Source of the DNA: a virus
Taxonomy: Duplodnaviria > Caudoviricetes
Length of the DNA: 53,031 nt
Reading direction: 5' to 3' (one strand)
IMG/VR virus record: IMGVR_UViG_3300035137_000015
Location: 1-53,031 of that record
The notes under the pieces are model-generated. The model did not search any database, was not told the origin of the DNA, and saw only the letters and a list, made by a program, of their open reading frames with translations. Positions 1-7,474 of the stretch are shown in pieces. The translations under genes were made by a program, and so were the position numbers. Position 1 is the first letter of the stretch. Each line of letters starts with the position of its first letter.

Positions 1-16
1 GGGCGCATACAAACAT
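1..16 (+). repeat. Terminal direct repeat, left copy (GGGCGCATACAAACAT)
   Basis: Identical to 53016-53031. Confidence 0.9.
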
Positions 17-67
17 GGCAGCCCCGGGGGTGGGGTTCACAGTACCTTTTTACAGTTGGGCTTTAAT

Positions 68-565
68 TTAGTATACAGGCATGTCCTCGTCAGCGACAAC
101 GGTCACTTTGCTCGCGCTGTCGAAGTCAACAACGTGCTCATGCGGAATCACCTCCTCGTGAAGTCGCTGGTGCGTCGCCTCATCCGGCGCGAGGTACATC
201 GTTATATCCAGCCTGTTGCCGCGCTTCTCCACCTGCGGCTTCGGCATCTTGATGCTGATATATTTGTACCAGTCGCAATACCGTTTGAATCCGTCCATGA
301 TGGCCCGTCTCGTCTTCGGTCTTATCCTGGACATCGTGGCCTTCTCACACTGGATGTTCGATCCAGTGAGCATATCTCTCACGGCGGCATAGACGGCGCC
401 AACGTAGATGGCCCGCTCCTTCTTCTTCCTCAGCCTCTTCCTACCCCTCATCGCCGTCCTCCTCGCGCATCTTCCTCTCAATCTCGTCAAGCCGCTTGTC
501 CATATGAACATAGCGCTCCATCCAAACCAGAAGCTTCTTCTCCACCTCGCAGACCTCGCGCCCAA
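68..565 (-). CDS. Hypothetical phage protein (start uncertain)
   Basis: 165-aa ORF on the dominant coding strand; no recognisable motif. Confidence 0.4.
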   Translation of the reverse strand: MGARSARWRRSFWFGWSAMFIWTSGLTRLRGRCARRTAMRGRKRLRKKKERAIYVGAVYAAVRDMLTGSNIQCEKATMSRIRPKTRRAIMDGFKRYCDWYKYISIKMPKPQVEKRGNRLDITMYLAPDEATHQRLHEEVIPHEHVVDFDSASKVTVVADEDMPVY

Positions 566-704
566 TGCCCTCGATTGCCCTGAGCCTTTCCAAGATGTCC
601 TCCTGGACCTTCTCTACTGCTGATACCCTGCTGACGAAGTCCTGATACATCCAAAAAAGCTTTGCGTGAAGCTCCGAAGGCTTCATATCGTCGATGTCTG
701 TCAT
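441..704 (-). CDS. Hypothetical coiled-coil protein
   Basis: MTDIDD... heptad-like E/K/L-rich sequence; start moved to ATG 704. Confidence 0.45.
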   Translation of the reverse strand: MTDIDDMKPSELHAKLFWMYQDFVSRVSAVEKVQEDILERLRAIEGIGREVCEVEKKLLVWMERYVHMDKRLDEIERKMREEDGDEG

Positions 705-816
705 TGATTTTCGCCTTTCGAATTCGATACATTGATCGAATATGCCATCCCGCGCCCCCTCCCACAGCGCCCTCAAACTCTACTATACGTTGGTATAGGG
801 GCGCAAGGGGGAGATC

Positions 817-1578
817 TTAACCCCTGTTCCGAAACGCCCGCTGCTTCTCAATCTGCCGGATCAGTGCGTCTCGGTAGTAGTCCCCGAGGTGGGCCGTTAC
901 AAACCGTGTAGGCGGCCCTAGCCAATCCCTTGCCCTCGTGTACAAGGTCGTGTGTTCCATGCTGTAGAGCATCCGGAGGCGGGCACCTGTGGGCCATCCG
1001 CGCTTGACTCTGCGCCCCCCGAGTACGCGGTAGAAGCCCTTTTTGTACTTGTTGGAGGCCTTCCCCCTGACACCAAGAAAAATCGTCCTGTCGCCCGACT
1101 CGACAGCATCCTGGACGCGCCTAATAACGGCCTGCTTGGTGTTCTTGTACTTTTCCCGAATGCGCTTCGCCACTTTGAGCCGGTTTATCCAGTTGGACCG
1201 ACGAATCACCCGGGTCCTCGGCTTCGCCCCCTCCTGGCCCGCTGCAGCCGACGTGGGCAGGGGGACTCCGTGCTTGCCCCGCGTGTGCTCGGTGAACCCT
1301 TCGGTCTGCTTCCGCATGAAGTCCTCGGTGGAACCGGCCGCGCTCTCCATGTCTTCGATTCGTCGCGAGAAGGTCTTCTGGAAGCGGATCGATCTCTGAA
1401 CGAAGGTGTTCCGGATGGTGAAGAGTTGCCCGACCTTTTTTTTGGACAAGTCGCTCGCCTTGTAGGCGGCGGTGTTGAGCGTGCCACGGATTGCGTAGGG
1501 CATCCCCTGTTTGCCGAACTTGTCGAGATCGTTCTCGTACTGCTCGAGGGGGTAGGTGTCTAGTTTGATGTCAAACAC
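817..1578 (-). CDS. Putative tail-completion/minor tail (gpZ-like) protein
   Basis: Basic protein with 'AIRGTLNTAA...FTIRNTFVQRSI' segment resembling gpZ-like neck proteins; GTG start at 1578 after GGAG. Confidence 0.4.
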   Translation of the reverse strand: MFDIKLDTYPLEQYENDLDKFGKQGMPYAIRGTLNTAAYKASDLSKKKVGQLFTIRNTFVQRSIRFQKTFSRRIEDMESAAGSTEDFMRKQTEGFTEHTRGKHGVPLPTSAAAGQEGAKPRTRVIRRSNWINRLKVAKRIREKYKNTKQAVIRRVQDAVESGDRTIFLGVRGKASNKYKKGFYRVLGGRRVKRGWPTGARLRMLYSMEHTTLYTRARDWLGPPTRFVTAHLGDYYRDALIRQIEKQRAFRNRG

Positions 1579-1822
1579 CGCCGTCTCCTCTCCCTGCGTC
1601 CGGATACCCGATGCCACCGGCGGGCTCCGGGTAGGTTTCGGCATCCTCGTCAGCATCCGTGTCGGTGTCGTCCGCTTCGGCGAGCAAGCCGTGGGCAAGC
1701 GGAGCATCCGTCCTCTCAAGCATCGGAACAACTGGCTCCGTGTCCGTGAGCGCTTCGGTGTCGGTGTCCGCCGGGGCCGCCTCGTGGCACCCGACGATAG
1801 CCATCACAAAAACAATCTTCAT
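1571..1822 (-). CDS. Small acidic lipoprotein
   Basis: MKIVFVMAIVG-C lipobox-like signal followed by DTDT-rich acidic stretch. Confidence 0.5.
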   Translation of the reverse strand: MKIVFVMAIVGCHEAAPADTDTEALTDTEPVVPMLERTDAPLAHGLLAEADDTDTDADEDAETYPEPAGGIGYPDAGRGDGGV

Positions 1823-2059
1823 CAGTTTTCCAAGCATTCATTCCTCCTTCGTTGGTCATCACTTGGATCGTAGCACTTCGTAGGTCTCCGAACCAATGTT
1901 TTCCGCACGCGCCTGAGCGTTCGAGCACCTGCGCCCCCAACGGATGTACGCGCACCCACCCTTGCTGGTTGTTTCGGCGCTGTAGCAATTCTCAAAGTGG
2001 GAGCACGGCGCTCCGCACACCCAGGGTGTTCGGAGCAGTATCCGTGCCTGGCTTCATGC

Positions 2060-2407
2060 TCACTCCCTAGATGCACCTTTCGGAATTTGTGGACAAGGCG
2101 AAACAGAATTCCACTTGTTTGTGACGTGGTTCACCCGGTCAACAAACGCCTCCATGGTACAGCCATGATCTGCAACAAACAGAGGCACCCCGTCTTCACC
2201 ATCCTTGCTGTCGTATAGCTCTACATGAAACATGCACTCCTTGTTCTGGCAATGTAGATAGAGGCGATATTGGCGGTCTCCAGCCTGCTGGAGGTACCAT
2301 GCCGGAAGCTTCCCGCAGTACGGGCATGGGCCTGGCCGCCAAATGAGAAATGCGCCAAACTCAGCGCTTTTTTTGGGTTCTACTTTTATATCCATCTTTG
2401 ACTCCAT
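2060..2407 (-). CDS. Hypothetical zinc-ribbon protein
   Basis: CPYC...CQNKEC motifs; true start MESKMD after AAGGA, downstream of the repeat array. Confidence 0.55.
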   Translation of the reverse strand: MESKMDIKVEPKKSAEFGAFLIWRPGPCPYCGKLPAWYLQQAGDRQYRLYLHCQNKECMFHVELYDSKDGEDGVPLFVADHGCTMEAFVDRVNHVTNKWNSVSPCPQIPKGASRE

Positions 2408-2441
2408 TCTTCGTTCCTTTCGTTTCCGAGTTAAAAACCGT

Positions 2442-2467
2442 GTTTTACACCCCGTCGGGTCTTTGCT
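2442..2467 (-). other. Conserved 3' hairpin motif of downstream pentamer array
   Basis: Minus strand AGCAAAGACCCGACGGGGTGTAAAAC, near-identical to motif at 3525-3548. Confidence 0.6.
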
Positions 2468-2769
2468 GGGCTCAGCCTGGCTGCGCCGTTCCTCTGCCCA
2501 TCCTTGCCACGCCGTTGCATCGCCACGCCTTGCGACGCATTGCCGTTGCAATGCTCGGCCGCGCCCTGCACAGCCGTTGCCCGGCCGAGCAATACGAAGC
2601 CGTTGCAGCGCCTGGCCGCGCAGCGCGAGGCCACGCCGCTGCCATGCCGTTCGAAGCCTCGCCCTGCCGTTGCAAAGCACTGCCCCGCCATGCGAGGCCA
2701 AGCCGTCGCAAGGCAGTACCGGGCCCTGCCAAGCCTTTGCCAAGCGGAGCCGCGCAACGCCGTCGCAAA
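2465..2769 (-). repeat. Pentamer-periodic array B (candidate guide ncRNA)
   Basis: Plus-strand GCNNN pentamers punctuated by GCCGTT-like hexamers at 2485, 2511, 2542, 2573, 2599, 2635, 2666, 2702, 2733, 2759 (spacing 26/31/36). Confidence 0.85.
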
Positions 2770-2770
2770 C

Positions 2771-3502
2771 CTATTGAATCTCTTCCCACTCAAACCGACC
2801 CATCCCGCTGTTCCGCCACTGTCCGATCCCCTTGCGCTTCCCGTAATCCAGTGCCTGGCGGACGAATTTCTCGTATCCCGGATACATTACCTCTACCTCA
2901 AATTCGATCTGAGAGCCCTTCGGGATCTTCTCCGAGCACGCCAGCGCGACGCGCTCCCCCTTCATCGTTTCGGCTCGGAGCGGCCTGACCTCAAGCTTGT
3001 CATTTTTGTGATCTGGTTCCAGCGACCTCTTGCACCAGTCGACAGAGCTTTGACCTTCTGGGAATTTGATCGGGATTTCGCGAGGGTAAACGAAAATGTA
3101 ATTGTCCACCCGGCGCTTCACGACAAAGAACGAAATCTCACTGCATCCTGTTGGCCGGATGACTCCGCCATTGTCGACGAATATTCCGAACATCTCCTTG
3201 ATGAACCCTTTGATCTGGTAATCCAAGAAGATCGGAACGTTCTCATCGTCCTCGGACCTGCGGAAAACGGTCATGCCCTTTTCCTCAAGCTCCTCCTGCG
3301 GGAGGTTTTTAAGCTCGTCCTTGACCTTCTCCTTGTCTGCCGAGTTTTTACCGATGTGCTTTGAGTATATCTCGGGATCGGCCGGAGATGTACCGAGGAC
3401 CGGCCTCGTGAATGTGAGCCGGACCTTGATGGTTTTCGGATCGAACTCTGCTGTTTTCTTCGGTGGTTTTGCGGTTTTCTTTTCGGTTTTCTTTTCAGTC
3501 AT
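2771..3502 (-). CDS. Stand-alone Cas7/RAMP-like protein between pentamer arrays
   Basis: N-terminal beta strand 'IKVRLTFTRPVLG', 'YQIKGFIKE' helix, 'SEKIPKGSQIEFEVEV' strand and C-terminal G-rich loop 'GIGQWRNSGMGRF' typical of RAMP fold. Confidence 0.75.
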   Translation of the reverse strand: MTEKKTEKKTAKPPKKTAEFDPKTIKVRLTFTRPVLGTSPADPEIYSKHIGKNSADKEKVKDELKNLPQEELEEKGMTVFRRSEDDENVPIFLDYQIKGFIKEMFGIFVDNGGVIRPTGCSEISFFVVKRRVDNYIFVYPREIPIKFPEGQSSVDWCKRSLEPDHKNDKLEVRPLRAETMKGERVALACSEKIPKGSQIEFEVEVMYPGYEKFVRQALDYGKRKGIGQWRNSGMGRFEWEEIQ

Positions 3503-3524
3503 TTTTCTTGCCTTTCAGCTGGTT

Positions 3525-3548
3525 GTTTCGCCCCGTGGGGCCTTTGCT
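3525..3548 (-). other. Conserved 3' hairpin motif of upstream pentamer array
   Basis: Minus strand AGCAAAGGCCCCACGGGGCGAAAC, near-identical to motif at 2442-2467. Confidence 0.6.
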
Positions 3549-3560
3549 TTTCAAGTCATC

Positions 3561-3810
3561 GCCTTGCTCTGCCGTTGCCGGGCAGTGCCGAGCATTGCCG
3601 TTGCCCTGCTGCGCCGCGCCACGCCGCTGCCATGCCGTGCAAAGCCTCGCCCTGCCGTTGCTACGCCGAGCGCCGCACTGCCGTTGCCGAGCTGCGCGAC
3701 GCTTTGCCGTTGCTCTGCCGGGCAAAGCCCTGCCCCGCCGTTGCTGGGCTTTGCTGCTCGCCGCGTTGCCGTTGCATTGCCAGGCAGATCTGAGCCAAGC
3801 CGTTGCTGCC
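3561..3810 (-). repeat. Pentamer-periodic array A (candidate guide ncRNA)
   Basis: GCNNN pentamers with GCCGTT/GCCGCT hexamers at 3571, 3597, 3623, 3654, 3680, 3706, 3737, 3768, 3799 (spacing 26/31). Confidence 0.85.
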
Positions 3811-3816
3811 ATCTGC

Positions 3817-4554
3817 TCATCGTCTCCTTGCCTTCGCATAAATCCGAATCCTCTCCTCTACATCAACCTGTATCTGCCGTATTCTCTCCCGCGTCAGCCC
3901 GAGGATATCCCCGACTTCAGCCAATGACATCCCGGCCGCGCGGCAGGTGAAGACGATCCGCTTCTTCGCATCCATCCGCATCACCGCGCACCATGCAACA
4001 CGGCGCATTTCATCGACGGAAATCCTGTCTACCGTCTCGTTTTCACCACCAGGCCCCGGTATGACATCTTTCAACGTGAACCCGTCGTCTTTGTGTCGAA
4101 GCTCAACGTCCATCGACTCGCAATAGACCAACGCTTCACAAATCTTCTTCGCGCCTTTTTTCGACAACTGCCCCCTTCGTAATTCGAGGGCCTCAACCGC
4201 CTCGTCAATGGTAGGCATTCTGCCCGTTCGCCGCTCTTCCTCCTTTCGGTACTTGTGAACCTTTCGGCGGATCTCGTCTGCGTGGAATGGGACATAAATG
4301 TGACTGCTCAGGACGATTGCGCGTTGAATAAAACACCGGATCCACCAGTGAGCGTAGGTCGAAAACTTGAAACCCCTCGATTCGTCGAAAAGCTCTGCCG
4401 CCCGCAGAAGTCCGATATATCCCTCCTGCTTGATGTCCTCGATGTCCATCCCAGATCGCCGATACTCGTTTGCTATGGCCGCGACGAGCCCCTTGTTCTC
4501 GATGGCGAGTTGGTTTCTGCGGTCAATCGCGGCATGATCCATCGCGGCGCTCAT
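3817..4554 (-). CDS. RNA polymerase sigma-70 family factor
   Basis: Region 2 'DIKQEGYIGLLRAAELFDESRGFKFSTYAHWWIR' and region 4 'SLAEVGDILGLTRERIRQIQ'; ATGA overlap with cysH-like stop. Confidence 0.92.
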   Translation of the reverse strand: MSAAMDHAAIDRRNQLAIENKGLVAAIANEYRRSGMDIEDIKQEGYIGLLRAAELFDESRGFKFSTYAHWWIRCFIQRAIVLSSHIYVPFHADEIRRKVHKYRKEEERRTGRMPTIDEAVEALELRRGQLSKKGAKKICEALVYCESMDVELRHKDDGFTLKDVIPGPGGENETVDRISVDEMRRVAWCAVMRMDAKKRIVFTCRAAGMSLAEVGDILGLTRERIRQIQVDVEERIRIYAKARRR

Positions 4555-5255
4555 TTGACAACGCCCGAAGCTGCGATTCTGTTCAAGACATCTGGGTAGT
4601 ACTCTCGCTCCCATTCGGTTCTCCCCATGCCGTTCCCTGTCGTTCCGGACAGCGAGTGTGTTCGGAGATTCTCTCTTTTGTACCGTCCTCCTCCCAGATA
4701 TCCGTAGACCGGTGAAAGCGGAAGTCCATTATCGTGGATGTATGCGAATATTTCAGACGATCTCCAAAGAGACAGCGGCCTACAACTGTTTTTGCTAGCG
4801 AAACCATTGACGCACCATTGCAATGAGCGAACCGAAGATTCATCATTTCTAATGCCAGAGCACCTCTTTCCATACTTTTCAAAAAGTATTTTCCAATGTT
4901 TGTCTCCTTTTCTCACATCGCGATATTCGAAAACTTCTTCTTTGTAATCGAAATCGTGGGTGCGCATGAAGACGTCTCTAACCGAATCACAGTCCGGATT
5001 TGCCCGGTCACTAAATCGCATATACACAACAGATCTTTCGATGCCGCATTTCAAAAATAAATCCAACAATACGATACTATCTTTTCCCCACGAAACCATA
5101 ACGCAAGATTTATCGTTAGAGGAAAGGAAATCTCGCATCACGGTTATTGACTGGTCGCATTTCTGCTCCGACCATTTAGACATCGCATCAATCTCCTCGT
5201 AGTCTGACCACAAAGCGAGATCTTCTGTTGAGTGCCTATCTGTACGTATCAGCAT
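4551..5255 (-). CDS. cysH: CysH/PAPS-reductase-like PP-loop protein associated with type IV-B Cas
   Basis: 'VSWGKDS' PP-loop, 'GIRNDES', 'RPLSLWRSSEIFAYI..NGLPLSPVY' motifs; adjacent to csf genes. Confidence 0.85.
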   Translation of the reverse strand: MLIRTDRHSTEDLALWSDYEEIDAMSKWSEQKCDQSITVMRDFLSSNDKSCVMVSWGKDSIVLLDLFLKCGIERSVVYMRFSDRANPDCDSVRDVFMRTHDFDYKEEVFEYRDVRKGDKHWKILFEKYGKRCSGIRNDESSVRSLQWCVNGFASKNSCRPLSLWRSSEIFAYIHDNGLPLSPVYGYLGGGRYKRENLRTHSLSGTTGNGMGRTEWEREYYPDVLNRIAASGVVK

Positions 5256-5440
5256 ATCCTATACCTGTTCCCTGGAAGTTCTTGCACCGGCAAAAACAAT
5301 GACAGTTCGTTGATTATCCTAATTGCTGTCCTGCGGTTCACTTCAAGCAATGCAGCAATTTCGGATGTAGTGTGCTCCCTTGATCTCAATGCGTCCTCGG
5401 CTCTCCTGCGCCGTTGGTATGGCGTGTCTGTTCTCAGCAT
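5249..5440 (-). CDS. Small HTH DNA-binding protein
   Basis: 'TTSEIAALLEVNRRTAIRII' HTH; overlaps both neighbours via ATGCTGA. Confidence 0.7.
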   Translation of the reverse strand: MLRTDTPYQRRRRAEDALRSREHTTSEIAALLEVNRRTAIRIINELSLFLPVQELPGNRYRIC

Positions 5441-6117
5441 GGTATCCCCACTTCCATGAATGTTTCTGGGTGCCAGTACGGTGGGAAAGCGCCACCGAAA
5501 GAATGTCGGTATCCGGTAGCATGGGCATCCTTTACGGCTCCTATCGGCAGCGTCTTCATTAGGACAGTCCCTCCCTTATTCGGTGCGAACAGGGAGTAAT
5601 CATCAGGCTGTTCGGAGTATTCCCATCCGGCTATTCTACCGTACCCGTATGACCTGCAATGCCCAAGCGCTACGATGCGCTTCAGGAGCTTGTTCATCTC
5701 CTTCCTGTCCCCGCGAACAAACCAGTTGACGGAATCTACAACGCGTATACGGAGCGGAACAAAACGCGATTTATAAGGGCCGCTCGAGGTGAGGAGCTTC
5801 TTCCTGCTTCGCGCGCCAAGAAGCGCCGCGCAAATGTCGGTATCGAACCTCTTTGATTGTCGCTCCGTGTATTCGGCAAACACGTTTCCGAGTATCGGAT
5901 CAGAGGAGCAGTAAAAATCGATCCCACCGATGGTTCGCTTGGAAACCGGGATCGGCGGGTGCTTGATTTCGGACAGCGGCACGTTCCGCGTGAGCTTCTT
6001 CGCCATCTTGTACCCGAGGCGAAGCGCCAGCTCGTATTCGAGCAACGCATCAATCCGAGGGGGGGCCCCGCAAAGCGGTGATGACAAGTTGCACTTCACT
6101 AGCCAGTTCTTCAGCAT
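5434..6117 (-). CDS. csf3: Type IV CRISPR-associated Csf3 (Cas5-like RAMP)
   Basis: 'LSSPL...IDALL', 'SGPYKS', G-loop 'LGHCRSYGYGRI', C-terminal 'PPYWHP'; ATG overlaps csf2 stop. Confidence 0.82.
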   Translation of the reverse strand: MLKNWLVKCNLSSPLCGAPPRIDALLEYELALRLGYKMAKKLTRNVPLSEIKHPPIPVSKRTIGGIDFYCSSDPILGNVFAEYTERQSKRFDTDICAALLGARSRKKLLTSSGPYKSRFVPLRIRVVDSVNWFVRGDRKEMNKLLKRIVALGHCRSYGYGRIAGWEYSEQPDDYSLFAPNKGGTVLMKTLPIGAVKDAHATGYRHSFGGAFPPYWHPETFMEVGIPC

Positions 6118-7016
6118 CAGAAATTCTCCCGTAGCCACTCGGAGAGCTCGTCGACGTGTGTATTGACGTGGGCGATGTAATCTTTGATAAGCTCGCACGG
6201 GTCTTTCAGCGCACCGAACCAATCTTCGAGACCCTCGATGTGCAGCGACGTGTTGAGCTTCCCGTGCCCGATTCTCGCGCTTCCACCGATGGTCCCGCCG
6301 CCGTTTTGCCAGAGGTGGATCGCGTGGAGCGCCGCCCCTACCTCCAACGGTGACACGTTGTACAGAATCACATCGTGATAAAATATCGCGCCCTGAATAA
6401 CGGTCTCTCCATTGTACACCATTAGATTTGATTTCGGTGCCGCGTCGCCCTTCACGATCTCTGAAGCGTCTTTCATTCTTGCCGCGTCACCTCGTGTATA
6501 CTGATACTTCGAAATGAACGATTGAGCGGGCATCAATTTTTCATCCACAATTCCGAATATTGATGGAGCGGTTTTTTCGAGCACGCCCTTATTCTCTTCG
6601 CAGACCAAAATACCGCGCGACACGAACAGGGACCCGCCGACGACCTGGTTCTTCAGCGCACCTCCGAGAAGACGATACAGTGGAGACACCGTGTGGAGCT
6701 TTGCGATCGCAGGGATGTTGTCCGTAGTGGAAGACTCCGTCAGGCTCCCGCCGGTGAACATGTAGTTCGCCTGGTCGATGTTCAGGTTCCCGCGTAAGCC
6801 GCAGGCGTCGACCAGGTACAGAGCCCCAGGCCCACGGATCATCCGGTGGCGAAGCGCATTGCCGCTGAGCACCGGAACTTCTACCACGTCGTTCTTGAAG
6901 ACGACCTTCTCTCGGTTAAGGATTGACTCGTTACCCGATACGCCTGACATGTGCGTAATCGGAGACATGGCCTCTGAGAGCATATGAATTTTGCATGTCC
7001 CGATCTGTTTCATCAC
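6117..7016 (-). CDS. csf2: Type IV CRISPR-associated Csf2 (Cas7 backbone)
   Basis: 'SPITH', 'VPVLSGNALRHRMIR', 'FTGGSL', 'LLGG', G-loop 'IGGSARIGHG'. Confidence 0.87.
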   Translation of the reverse strand: MMKQIGTCKIHMLSEAMSPITHMSGVSGNESILNREKVVFKNDVVEVPVLSGNALRHRMIRGPGALYLVDACGLRGNLNIDQANYMFTGGSLTESSTTDNIPAIAKLHTVSPLYRLLGGALKNQVVGGSLFVSRGILVCEENKGVLEKTAPSIFGIVDEKLMPAQSFISKYQYTRGDAARMKDASEIVKGDAAPKSNLMVYNGETVIQGAIFYHDVILYNVSPLEVGAALHAIHLWQNGGGTIGGSARIGHGKLNTSLHIEGLEDWFGALKDPCELIKDYIAHVNTHVDELSEWLRENF

Positions 7017-7474
7017 TCACCTTCCTTTAGGTCACGCTTAGCGTCTTTTATCGATCCCCACAGATTTCTGGCGTAAACCAGTATCACATTGCTCTTCTTC
7101 TCGATTGTCCGAAGGAATGCCATCTTGTCATCATCGCTCTTCTGCTCAAACGATATGAGCCATTTTTCGAGACGAGAGTTTGATGCAACCATAGCAGGAT
7201 TGGCCTTGATGAAATCCAGCGCCAAGTTGACAAACTCCTCGAAGTCTCCACCACACTTTTTGCATGATGAAACAATTCCATTTCCAATGCGTTCCCACAT
7301 CGTCATCCGGTCGAGCTCTGAAGAAAACAGCTCAGGCAAAATCGAACAGAAGCTGACCGCGTTTCCTTTCGCTTCCTCCATCATCTCGGCATTTTGATCG
7401 CTTGTTCGGTAATCGATCACTCCCGCAAGCTTCTGTCTGAACTCTTGCGCTGACAAAATCTTCATCTCTCGCAT
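7013..7474 (-). CDS. Cas11-like small helical subunit (type IV-B)
   Basis: ~150-aa helical-looking protein between csf1 and csf2, the cas11 position in IV-B loci; start at 7474 or 7465. Confidence 0.6.
   Translation of the reverse strand: MREMKILSAQEFRQKLAGVIDYRTSDQNAEMMEEAKGNAVSFCSILPELFSSELDRMTMWERIGNGIVSSCKKCGGDFEEFVNLALDFIKANPAMVASNSRLEKWLISFEQKSDDDKMAFLRTIEKKSNVILVYARNLWGSIKDAKRDLKEGE

Noticed and set aside
2343-2988. Multiple overlapping Arg/Ala/Cys-rich ORFs across array B
   Set aside because: Open in most frames only because the GC-rich pentamer pattern lacks stops; a 5/6-nt period conflicts with codon structure.
2465-3810. Arrays as a canonical CRISPR array
   Set aside because: No 23-47 nt constant repeat alternating with unique spacers; conservation is interleaved every 5 nt.
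3463-3950. ORFs across array A, including 3551-3820 whose ATG overlaps the sigma stop
   Set aside because: Low-complexity translations of the repeat. Incidental translation of 3551-3820 cannot be excluded, but nothing supports a folded protein.
4551-5255. cysH as a sulfur-assimilation auxiliary metabolic gene
   Set aside because: Coupled to csf genes with no other cys genes present; context fits a type IV-B accessory role.
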